Position numbers and translations under genes: made by a program. From Camelus dromedarius (lineage: Eukaryota): DNA of 64,000 nucleotides. The stretch covers positions 44,394,001 through 44,458,000 of the forward strand of contig NC_087436.1 in assembly GCF_036321535.1 (NCBI RefSeq), given 5' to 3'. The notes beneath the pieces were generated by a model that was not told where the DNA came from, did not search any database, and saw only the letters and a list, made by a program, of their open reading frames with translations. Of this stretch, positions 24,531 through 35,790 are shown piece after piece. The number at the start of each line of letters is the position of its first letter. Within the stretch, counting starts at the first letter, position 1.

Positions 24531-25640
24531 CCTGGATCCCTCGAAATCTGTTTCATACACAGCTTAAAGAACTCAGGTTATGAACATCTCTACGTAAAAT
24601 CACATGGCAGTTTCCTCCAAAAAGTGGGCCTTAAAGAAACAGATGGATCAGATACACTGAAAGGTCTCAATCTTCTAAAGCAGTCTATAAAAATACATAC
24701 ACCACATCCCTGAGCCACTTCATTCCTTGTAATTACTTACTAATTGTCAGAATGAGGTCAAAACTGATTTAGGGGCAAAAAGAAGGAAACACAACCATTT
24801 GGTTATTATAAAGACTCACACTTTGCCAATTTCTAATGTGCTTGCCGTAATTTACCTTCTCTTTATCCCGACCTCCCCATTGCATGTCTACGCACACACG
24901 TTAATTCTTGTTGCGTGACAGTGAATTTGAATATTGTTTACAGATTGGTCTCAAATGATTCCAGTATGAGCAAATAACTAGACAAAGTTTTCAAATAAGT
25001 AAACATAAATTAATGTTGCATGGCATTTAAATGACTCACATTAAATTGATCAGGAATAAGAATGGAGCACATTGAAATAAAAAGCCTTTTAAAAATACTC
25101 ACTTTTTATTCAAAAAGAGTAACAACACGCCACTTTCTCCTTGTTGGAATTCAAGGCACATCAGTCTATCTGCTCCTGCAGCATCAATAATCCACAGCAG
25201 GAAAAAACCTCCATGAACATGGCGTTCCAAGGCACACTTAACAGTTCCACTAAGTTAGCCTTCTGAGAAATGTAACAAAACTTGACTCAGCTCTTTCCGT
25301 ATTAGGAAAATAAGGCATCCAGGTTAATAGGGAAAAGGGACAACTAGATCAGTCCCCAGGGAGAGAAGCCGACCTCTACCGCAAACGAGTGGTGGGAATC
25401 ACTGGGATTCTAATGAGGGTCTTTACTTTTCCTCCATTTAATTGCAGGCTTTTCTTTAAGAGCAAGAAAGACAAGGTTTGCCCCCTCCTCCCTTATTTCC
25501 TCCCACATAGCAGAAGATGACAGATGAGGAAGGTTCATTATGCAAAACACCCAGGGTATGGTTCAGTGAAGTGTGAGGGCACTTGTACACATGTAAACAC
25601 ACACATGCCACTCACGTGATGGTTTCTGACCCAACCAGTT

Positions 25641-25839
25641 TTTTCTTTTTTTTAATTTATGTGTAGTTGATTTGCAATGTTAGTTTCAGGGGTACAGCAA
25701 AGTGATTCAGTTATACATATACATACATATGTATTTTCTTTTCAGATTCTTTTCCATTATATATTATTACAAGAAATTGAATATAGTTCCCTGTGCTATA
25801 CAGTAGGTCCTTGTTGTTTATCTATTTTATATATAGTAA
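25641..25839 (-). mobile_element. Short artiodactyl/camelid L1 3' end with TSD
   Basis: GTACAGCAAAGTGATTCAGTTATACAT...GTTCCCTGTGCTATACAGTAGGTCCTTG; TSD tgacccaaccagtttt (25627) / tgacctaactagtttt (25840). Confidence 0.9.
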
Positions 25840-26984
25840 TGACCTAACTAGTTTTGAAATTAAAAATTTTCTTCCTATTCAATCAACATGATGATGGATG
25901 TCTTTTTGTATAAATAGTCGTACCTTAAAATTTATGCAGTAAAAATGAAATCAAGCATTTTGTTTTTTTGAATACTCAACAGGTTTTTAAATAAATCCTT
26001 TATTTTCTTTCCTACTTAACAGGTAATAAATGTATTTATTTGAAAATGAAGATTTAATTTATTTTCAAACTTTTTTTGGTTTGTTTTTGTTAGCATGCTT
26101 TTCATCTCTCTATTTGCATGATCCGTGCTCTTTCTTTCCTTTTACTCCTTTAAATTCCAATTTGTTTTATTGGTGGTGGTAAAGTTTACTAGGGTGTCAG
26201 ACAGTAATTTATCACTAAACAGCTGACTTCTATAGTTAAGAAGAGAAAAGGGATTAATTGTCAAACAACACCATGTAAGATAAAGCTTGTTTTAAAGCAG
26301 AGCAATTCCTTTATATTCTGTTTGATAAGTAGTCAGTTATTAAGCTGAAACTTGGAAATAAAATTTGAAATCAGGAAGACAAATGAAATTGAAAAATGTG
26401 GCCACTGGAGTAAAAGTCTTCAAAATCTTACATAAGACTTTATTGATCACTATCAAAAATGTGTTTGAAGGACACCATTATTACAGGAGTGACTCTGAGT
26501 TCTGTGATAAGATGCACGGGGTCTATAATCTTAGGATTGTCGAAGGATGGTAATTGAGTCACTCACACAGAGCCAGAGGCCAAGTAATAAGGATTTGGGT
26601 AGAAGGAGGTGGGTGGACAGGGTGGGGTTAGAGGAAAGCCAGCTGATCTGGGATACAGCTCTGAGAGGAAGAGAAAGTGGCATAAGAGAGAAGATGGCGT
26701 GAACTTTTTGGGAGAAAAGGAGTCTATGTACATGAGTAGGGAAGAGAAGGGAAGTGTAGAACACAAAGAGAAAAAAGAGGCAAGAAAAGAGTCTGTGGCA
26801 AGAAATTTACACATGGATATACTACATATAGACATAAATACTCATAGAACTTTTAGAAAATAGTTTTAGTAAGGCAATCTTTGTGCCACATTTAAATCAT
26901 GTAACAATATGTGTCATTAAGAATTTTAAAGACACATATCTTAACACATACATGTAAAGTACAAGAAAAACCCCTAAATAGTTA

Positions 26985-27200
26985 TACCAAGGCACAGAGG
27001 TTAAGAGCATGAACTGTAGAGCTGGGCTGGCTAGGTTTAAAACTCAGCTCTGCCACCCACTAGCTGGGTAAGCAGGGAGGTGCTCATTTTCCATGTTTTA
27101 CTGTCCTCTAAAATGGGAAATACCTATCCCATCCTGTTACTGTTCAGATTATTTGAAATAATGTATCTCTAGTGTTTAAGGTGGAGCCAGGCCTAGAGAA
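26985..27200 (+). mobile_element. MIR SINE
   Basis: GGTTAAGAGCATGAACTGTAGAGC...CAGCTCTGCCACCCACTAGCTG...TAAAATGGG. Confidence 0.75.
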
Positions 27201-28309
27201 TAAGCTTGATGCAGCGTTGTAATTACTCCAGAGTAAGGATGCACTTAAACCTCATTTAAATTTCCAGGGTTACAACTTTATAGTCAGGAATCATAGGTTG
27301 ATATTTTGTTAATGAAAATACTGAGTTGTTTAAGGCTCATATTGGATGGTATGTTTAGAATCTTGATACCAGAATTTTATCCAGAGCTTTAGAGCTTTAT
27401 AAAAGAGCTTTGATCCTTTGGGATACTGAGTAAATTGATTTAAAAACACTCATATACTACTTTGACCTGAGATTTTTCAGGGCTTAAATTGACCTACTTC
27501 TTGTTTGTATTTGACTTATTTACTCAGTGAAGAACACACTATTTTCAGAGCGGTTGTAAGAAAAGTGCCAGGATGCATCGTTAAAGCTATATATTAAATA
27601 GAAATCCAAAAAAAAAAAAAAAAAAATCTATAGCCATGCTGAGAGACGCGGCTTCATGGGTTTCTATTTGGTTTTTATGGTATAAAGCAACTTCAGCTTG
27701 AGCAGTCATGCTGTTTAAAATACATTGACTGCTATACAATTGATCGATATGTTGTAAACAAATGCTAAAAATGTTAGGTCATTTTTGATCATCTTTCCTT
27801 TCCAAAGTACCAGCTGTAAGATGCTATCTGGTTATTGATCATGTTTCTTATCAGCTCTGCACATTATGGTATGTTTGTAGTTGGTACATAATCTAAACAA
27901 TACTGGCGTAATTCATTGACCTTTGAAATCTAGGTCTAAATGGCAGTAAAACAAGAAGACTGATCACACTTAAAGAAGTCTTTAACTTGGTCTCACTGTC
28001 TGGTGAAATTTCAAATGATCACAACCCAGAAAGTAAACTAGATAGTACAATTTACCTGAGGGAAAAATGAATGTTCAAATTGATGGATGACAATAGAATT
28101 TGAACTTTCAAATTTTTAAGTCAATTTTTTTTTCAGAAAAGAACTATATTCATTTATTAGAACTGATGTGAGATCACTCTCTGTCAGAATTTTGCCTCCT
28201 CTTTCAGCCAGAGATAATGGAATGACCCTAGAATGGTCTGAATAAAATGTGGCTGATTTCAATTTGGAATGAAATATCTCAAAATCCTAATTTTTTGAAG
28301 AATATTCTT

Positions 28310-30800
28310 TTGTATAGATGTATAGCAAATATTTAACCAGTCTCCTTTTGAAGGATAAGACTGTTTTCAAGTTTTCACTATTTTGACCATTCAGATGCAT
28401 AATATCTTTGTATCATTTCACACTCATTTCCTTATGATACATTCTTAGGGGTGAAATGAGTAGGTTAGCTAGTATCTATGTTTAAACTTTTATATATGTT
28501 ACTATATGATCTTCTAAAAAGTGTAATATATTAATTCATACTTTAACTTCCTTTTTGCACATGGTTGTTAGCTTCTGTGTTCATTACACTAATTATTTTC
28601 ATTCTTTTTTACTGTTTTCTAATCTGACAAAGAAAGAGATATATTACTTTAATTTGCACTTGTTTGACTATGAGAGTCAAATTTATTGGCCACTTTATTA
28701 CTTTTCTGACTGCTCTATTTATTTGCTATTGCCCACTTTTCCAATGAGTTGTGAAACTTCTTCTTATTTATTTGTGAGAGCTTTTTATATAATAAATATA
28801 TGTCCACTTCACTGACATGTAAATAAATACATTATATAAAAAAATTTAGATAGTACATACAGTTTCACTGTATATTGCAAGTATTTCCCCTGTCTATATT
28901 TCATTTGTTACTGTGTTTTTAATTCCTAGGTTTATTGTTTTGTGGCCAGAGAATATGCCCTGTAAAACTTCTGCTTTTTGGATTCTCTTCAGTTTCCCTT
29001 GTGACTTAATGTACAATTTTTTAAAATAAATATTTCATGAATACTTAGAAAAAAATATGTTCTCTGTTAGTTATAAATTGAATCCAATACATTAATCTTA
29101 TGTTATTCAGATAGTCTATATTTTATTCCCTTTTTATTTACTTAATCAGAGAGAGATTGAGTGGTAAATTAAATCCTCCCACTACAATTATATATCTAAA
29201 AATCTCCAAAAGATTAAAACATTTCTAACAATATATACATTACACATCTTGATACTGTTAATTACTGAAAGTTTATGACTGTTATGCCTTTATTTAAGAG
29301 GGACTGGACTGCTTTTATTGTGAAATAACCCTCTTAAAGCAGATGTAATGTTTTTCTTAAAATGTTTTTGTTTTATTAATATTGTTTGCTAAGTCCTTGT
29401 TTAGGGATAAATCTTTTATTTGCTTAGTATTTCTGCATATATCTAAGTAAGGCAACATTTAAGTGGTTTGTAGGTGGCTCTCTTGGTCAGATTTTTGATG
29501 TGAGGATGAGAATAATGTTGAAAATTGCATTTGAAACTATCATGTTTTTGTGTGTTAGATAATATTACATAACATACTAGTATTATCTATTTCTTAAGGG
29601 ATCAAATATTAGGAAGGTTATTTTGGTGTGAAACTATCTGAGGGCATAATCTCTGATATATTTGCAGTTTCTTTCACTTTACTTCTCTCCTTAGGTTCTC
29701 TACTTTATGGGTCAGCTTTGAAGTACATACATATTTTAAAGTTATATAAATCTTGAATTGGTTAGTACTGGAATAGAATACTGCCTGAAAAGATCTTTAA
29801 AATCTCATCTCTTTGTTGTTATGCATCTTTTCTCATTCTGATATTTGGTTATTTGTATATACTTTTTCTTATTTAATTTACCAGAAGTCTGTCTCTTTTA
29901 TTGTTAATATATTAGTCTTAATTGCTCTAATGCTAATACCATTTTGGTTTACAATTCAGTATTCTGTCATTTTAAGTATTTTATTTCCTGATTAGGATCT
30001 CACACATTGTATCATGAATCCTGAAGTTGGCACTTACCAACTATGTGATTTTGCATAAGGTTCTTAAACTTTGTACAGAGCCAGAGTTTCCCATGTGCAA
30101 AATTCAAATTATGGTATCTACCTCAGTAAGTCAGAGTTAAAAGTAGAAACTATTATAAAGTGTTTATTAGAATGTTGGAGCAGGGTGGTTGCCCTAAAAG
30201 GAAGCTTCTGTTGGTATAATTAATATTATATGAAATAATTATAATAGTTAAATGCTTGGTTCATTTATTTTTATTTCATAATGATTACCCTTAAGGCTAT
30301 GCATTTGTCTTCATTAACTTTTGATTATGTCTCACAAGTCCCAATTTTATTGTTTCCTGAGTTGTTTACTATTAGCTTTTAACAATTATTATTTAACTCA
30401 AGAATGATTTAGATAGCTTTTAAAAAATTCCAAGAGGACTCTCTTTCACTTAAAATTTGTTACTAATTTTCCATTTTTGTTGTATTGTCAGATACGGATA
30501 ATGGTGCTTATGCAGTTTCTAAAGTTGGGGATTTATTGAGATTTTCTTATGGCTCAGTATGTATATCTGTGTATACATATATGTAAATATATAAATATTT
30601 ATGATATATACATATTATAATACTTTGAAGATGTCCAATGAATATTTGAAGAAAAATTAAATTTAGGCTCTGTAGGATACATATATTATGACCTTGTAAT
30701 ATTATCTATTTTTCTTTGCCCTTTTATATTATTTATGTGTTTGTTTTGTTACATATTTTAAAAGGAATGATAAAGTTTCCCACAAAAGCTGTTTATGACA
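28310..30800 (-). mobile_element. Cluster of old L1ME-type fragments (with a + strand MIR at about 30010-30180)
   Basis: TTTAATTTGCACTT...TTGCCCACTTTTCC...TTTGTGAGAGCTTTTTATATA and TTGTGGCCAGAGAATATG are antisense L1 motifs; GGCACTTACCAACTATGTGATTTTG is MIR-like. Confidence 0.65.
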
Positions 30801-30890
30801 TTTCTTATTATATTTATGAAACTTTCCTTACCTTACCTCAGAACAGTAAGTTTGCTTCATGTTAAGACAAACTTAGAATTAGGTTGTGAT

Positions 30891-31957
30891 TTTTTTTGTA
30901 CTGAGGTATAGTTGATTTACAATAATTGTTTTAGTTTAAGGTGTAGAGTGAAGTGGTTCAGTATGTATACAGATATGTGTGTTTTATATATACACATAAA
31001 TATTTCAGGTTATTTTTCCTTACTACAAGATATTGAGTATAATTCCCAGTGCTATACAGTAAATCCTTGTTGCTTATCTATTTTGTCTATAGTAGTTTGT
31101 ATATATTACCCCTAGGGTAACCATAAGTTTATTTTCTATGTCTGTGAGTTTGTTTCTGTTTTGTATATAGATTCATTTGTATTATTTTTTATATCCCACA
31201 TATAAGTGACATTATGTAGTATTTGTCTTTCCCTGACTTACTTCACTTAGTATGATATCCTCTCGGGTCCCAAATGGCAATGTTTTATTTTTTATGGCTG
31301 AGTAGTATTCCATTGCATATATATATATATATATATATACACCACATCTTCTTAAACCAATTGTTTGTTGATGGACACTTGGGTTGTTTCCATGTCTTGG
31401 CTATTGTACATAGTCCTGCTATGAACATTTGTGTGCATTTATCTTTACATATTAGAGTTTTTATCTTTTCCAGATATATGCCCAGAAGTAGGATTTCCAG
31501 ATCATATGGTAGCTCTATTTTTAGTTTTTAAGAAACCTCCATACTGTTTTCCATAATGGTTTTACCAATTTACATTCCCACCAACAATGTAGGAGGGTTC
31601 CCTTTCCTCTACACCCTTTCTAGCATTTATTATTTGTAGACTTTTTGATGATGACCATTCTGACTGGTGTGAGGTGATAGCTCATTGTTTCAATTTGCAT
31701 TTCTCTAATAATTCATGATGCCGAGCATCTTTTCATGTGTTTGTTGTCCATCTGTATGTCTTCTTTGGAGAAATGTCTGTTTAGGTTTTTGTCCATTTTT
31801 TTGACTAGGTTGTTTGTTTGTTTATTTGATATTGAGTTGTATCAGCTGTTTGTATATTTTGGATATTAACTGCTTGTTGGTTGCATCATTTGCAAATATT
31901 TTCTCTCATTCTGTTGGTCTTTTTGTTTTGTTAATAGTTTCCTTTGTTGTGCATAAG
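30891..31957 (-). mobile_element. Artiodactyl/camelid L1, 5'-truncated, with TSD
   Basis: CATTCCCACCAACAATGTAGGAGGGTTCCC...TTTGGAGAAATGTCT antisense ORF2; TSD taggttgtgatttt (30880) / taagttgtgatttt (31958). Confidence 0.95.
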
Positions 31958-32489
31958 TAAGTTGTGATTTTAAAAGGTAGATTTTATACTTAAAGAAACG
32001 TGTTGCACTTTTGACAACCTGTTTAGACTACTTGGACTTATCTCTCTTTATAACAGGGTACTTGATTCATTTTATTTTCAATTTCATGTCCCAATTAAAA
32101 ATCTAGAAAAATTGGAAAATTTCATTTAATATCTTTTTGCATTAGATTTAAGTAGTGCTACAGACTTTTTTTCTTTTTCTGATATTCTATGAGAATTTGA
32201 GAGAGGCTGTGTCAGAGTAAATGAGAGACAAAAGTAAAACAAAACAAACAAAAAAGAAACTTGAAACAGAAGTGAATTTGTTTCTTTTTAAAACTGAAAA
32301 CCATAACAAAACTCTCCACTAAGAGGTCCTTGTGGACCTAAGGAGAAAAGTGGAAAAGAATATTTTTGCAGCTGTGAAAATTAGTCTCCTTATTTTAATA
32401 AAATAGAGCTTTCTCCAAGTCAGTTCTGTTCATATCTTTTATGACCCACACAGAGGCCATACATTTATTTATTAATTATTAATTTATCA

Positions 32490-32660
32490 AATTATTTATT
32501 CATTCATTTAAAAGCATTCCTCTACAAGAAACAAGGTATTATGGGTCATGCACTTAGTGCTGTGGAGATATTTAAAGCATAATATGACAATGATTTTTGT
32601 ACTTACTGAATTTGCAATATAGTGGCAGGCAACAGATGGTCACAAGTAAATAAGGTTATG
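32490..32660 (-). mobile_element. L2 3' fragment
   Basis: TTCATTCATTT...GTGCTGTGGAGATA...TTTGCAATATAGTGG antisense L2 end. Confidence 0.55.
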
Positions 32661-35009
32661 GAGAAAATAAAACTTCATTTTGTCGCCTGTGCCCCCCAGT
32701 GATATTTTGATGATAATTTGATAAGGAGCCTCTAAAGTCCAGCTATCATCTGAGGCCCAGGCTAAAGAAGAGACAGCCTCTGCCTCGTAGAAGGACAGCT
32801 GGCCATTGCATTGACCACTCTGGTTGGCTGAGCACTTGCTGTTCAGGGAAAATGTAAGAAAATACGAATACCTGGGACAGACCAGCTGAGATAGGCACTT
32901 GAGGGAAACAGGGAATAGTTAATAGGGATTGAAAATGATTTTAAGATTGTTTGTTGAGGTTGTAGTGTAAAATACTTGTCCTACAAGTTATACATTTCTC
33001 TATAAAAATCTCTGTTTCTCATTAATTAATTATTCATTTGCAAATAAATTTGGGGGGAAATGTTAAAAAGAATAGTCTTGCATACAAGTTGGTGCAAGGT
33101 GGAAAGAGAAATGGTTCATAGATTTTGGAAACCAAAGAAGAAAAGGAAGACTGATGTTAGTGTAATAGCAAATCAGAATTTTTGATGTGGTGTAACTTAG
33201 CCATAAAATTATACCTCCCCCTATAGAAGTTTAGAAGAATGGAAAAATTATTCTCTGCAGTATAGTTAGAAGATCCAAGGAGACAGTGGCATTTGAAATG
33301 GGTTTTTTTGGAGAGTGGTGGGATCATTAGGGAGATATGAGGACATTTGCATGGGAAGAAGGAGGTGGGTAGATTTGAAAGACTAGACATCAGTTGTGTT
33401 CAGAGAATGGGGAGTATTTCAGTTTGTTCAGACCTTAAAGACATTGTAAGGGAGTTGTTAAAAAAAATGATGAATGTGCATAAATGAAAAGACTTAACAT
33501 GTCCTAAGTGTTACATTAATTATCAAACAATATAGTAATATGTTCCTTGGCAAGTTGCCAGACATGTTAAAGGTAATTCTTATGAAAACCTCAAGTCTGT
33601 GTTAATCAACAAAATGATTCTAAAATTTATCTAGGTTAGTAAACATATGAACATATATTCAGAAAAATGTAATGACAAAATAAAGATGAATAATTTAAGC
33701 ATTTTAGTAGTGATGTTAAGACTAGGCAGATCAATGTAGTAGGATTCCTTGAAATGGCCTGAGTGGGTTAAAGAAACCATTGGAGTTGAATTGTGAAGGG
33801 AAGAATTATTTGATAGATAGTATTATCAAGATGTCCATTTTGAGAAAAAGATAACCTAAGCCCTAACATTTCATATCTTGTATAAAAAAAAAACCAGACC
33901 AAGTCAAATAAAGAATATAGAAACACTTAAAATGAATAGAATATAATAACTACCGAACTTTTATTTTGGGGAGAAAGACTGGCAAATTTTCAGAGCAACT
34001 GAAGTCATCACAGATTTGAATGTCTATGGTTGATGTAAATAGGATTGATACAGACAAATAGGGTGTAAATAAATAGGATTAAATCAATAGGAATTTGAAG
34101 GAAGGAGTGTCCGTTTTGGATTGAAGCAGTTGAGAAAACCACGTCAGGACCAGAATTGGGAAGGAAAGGATTTGTTTAGAATAGGGGGCATGGGCAGGAG
34201 GGTGAGGGTGTGTGAAGTGACCTGGAGCCGTGGAAGACATTTGCATGGCAGAGTGGTCCTGCTGGCCTCCTGGGAACAGCCGAGAGGCCAGATTAAGGAA
34301 GAAGGCTTTGAGAATCAGTCTCAGGAGTGTGCACTGATGGTATGAAACCATTTAGAAGGTGTCATGGGAAATTAGGCAGGACGTAAAGATGGGGAGAAAC
34401 TTGCTTCATTTTTGTTTTTAATTATTTTCTTTCTATTTGCTTACATGATGTTTTGCCTTTTCAATATACATCACTGTAGAGGAAAAGCCAAAACTTTCTT
34501 TCCATGAAAATCTCTTTGTGATCCCTTGTTCTGAGTGGGGAAAGTGATATATACTCACAGTAGTTAAATCAACATCAGCTTCGAATGACAGGAGGTGAGC
34601 AAGCACTTGGCATAATTGTTTTGTGCGGGTCAGTACCGTCTATTTCTGATTGAATGCATTTTTTAAGTAATGATTCCAGCATTACACAAGATAAGGTTTG
34701 TCTTGCTACAGCTTGTAATTTCTAAAATAGCAAGACATTCTCAAGTGTAATGAAATACGGGGTAATACTTCTTGGTGTTTACTACTTTTGACGATTATAG
34801 GGCGCTATCTCATCTCCTTTACCTTTCATTGATAATTCTGGCTCTAGTTCTGAGAACTCAACTTGCTCACGACAGTTGTACCGCAACAAAATGGTGAGGG
34901 GTGGTGAAATCTTGGATCAATTTTTATAGGGAGATTTGCTAAGTTCTAGAAATGATCAGTAAGATGGTTAGTACAGAGAGCTATGTGTACAAATAAAATA
35001 GCTAAACCA

Positions 35010-35205
35010 TTAATTTACATGTATCTTATCATTTAATCTTTAAAACAACCCACAGAGGTAAGTATTCATGTTACATATGCAGAAACTGAGGCTTATAGAG
35101 GTTAATTAACTTGCCAGGGGCACAGAACTGGTCAGTGGCAGAGCTAGTACTGGAAACCAGGCGTTGCAGCTCCATATCCTGGGCTCCTCACCACTGAGTT
35201 ATGCC
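35010..35205 (-). mobile_element. MIR SINE
   Basis: AGAAACTGAGGCTTATAGAGGTTAATTAACTTGCC...GTCAGTGGCAGAGCT. Confidence 0.85.
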
Positions 35206-35229
35206 GCATCAGCCATTCTCTATGTGTTG

Positions 35230-35790
35230 AATCCTCCTTATTTGTCAAGATTCAGTTAAATCTCACCTTCTCTCTGAAGACTTTTCCAATCCCTCACCTG
35301 GATTTACTCACTATGCTCTTTAGGCGCTCAGTAAATTTTACTTGTACCTTGACTGTAACACATGTCATACCACAGTTTAATCCGTCTCATAGTTTTAAAA
35401 CAAGGATTGTAAATTGCAGACTGAATTGAGCTGATGGACCATTTTGATTTACTGGCACAATGTTTTAAAAATAATTTGTTTTGATTGCCTCTGCAAGGGG
35501 CATGCACTCTACAGTTATTTAGAGTTTCTACCATTCCCTAATGTCTTACATTTAGCTAGTTCCTGAATCTGTATTTCCTGCCTGTCCTCTCAAAGGCTTT
35601 CACAGCCGAGCTCTGTGACTTGTGTTTTAGTTGACCCTCTGCCTATTCTTCCTTTCACTTCTCTGTCAGCCCTCCCTAAACCTTGCCAGTAGATTAAAAC
35701 CCCTCTGAAGTCAAAACCTGTGTTTTATTCATCTGTTTATTTCCATCACCACACGCCACAGTGCCTGGTGTATCATGAACATTAAATAAA
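35230..35790 (+). mobile_element. L2 3' fragment interrupted by a MER102-like hAT-Charlie MITE (about 35401-35600)
   Basis: CTCACCTTCTCTCTGAAGACTTTTCC...ACAGTGCCTGG (L2); GGGGCATGCACTCTACAGTT...CCATTCCCTAATGTCTTACA (MER102-like). Confidence 0.65.
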
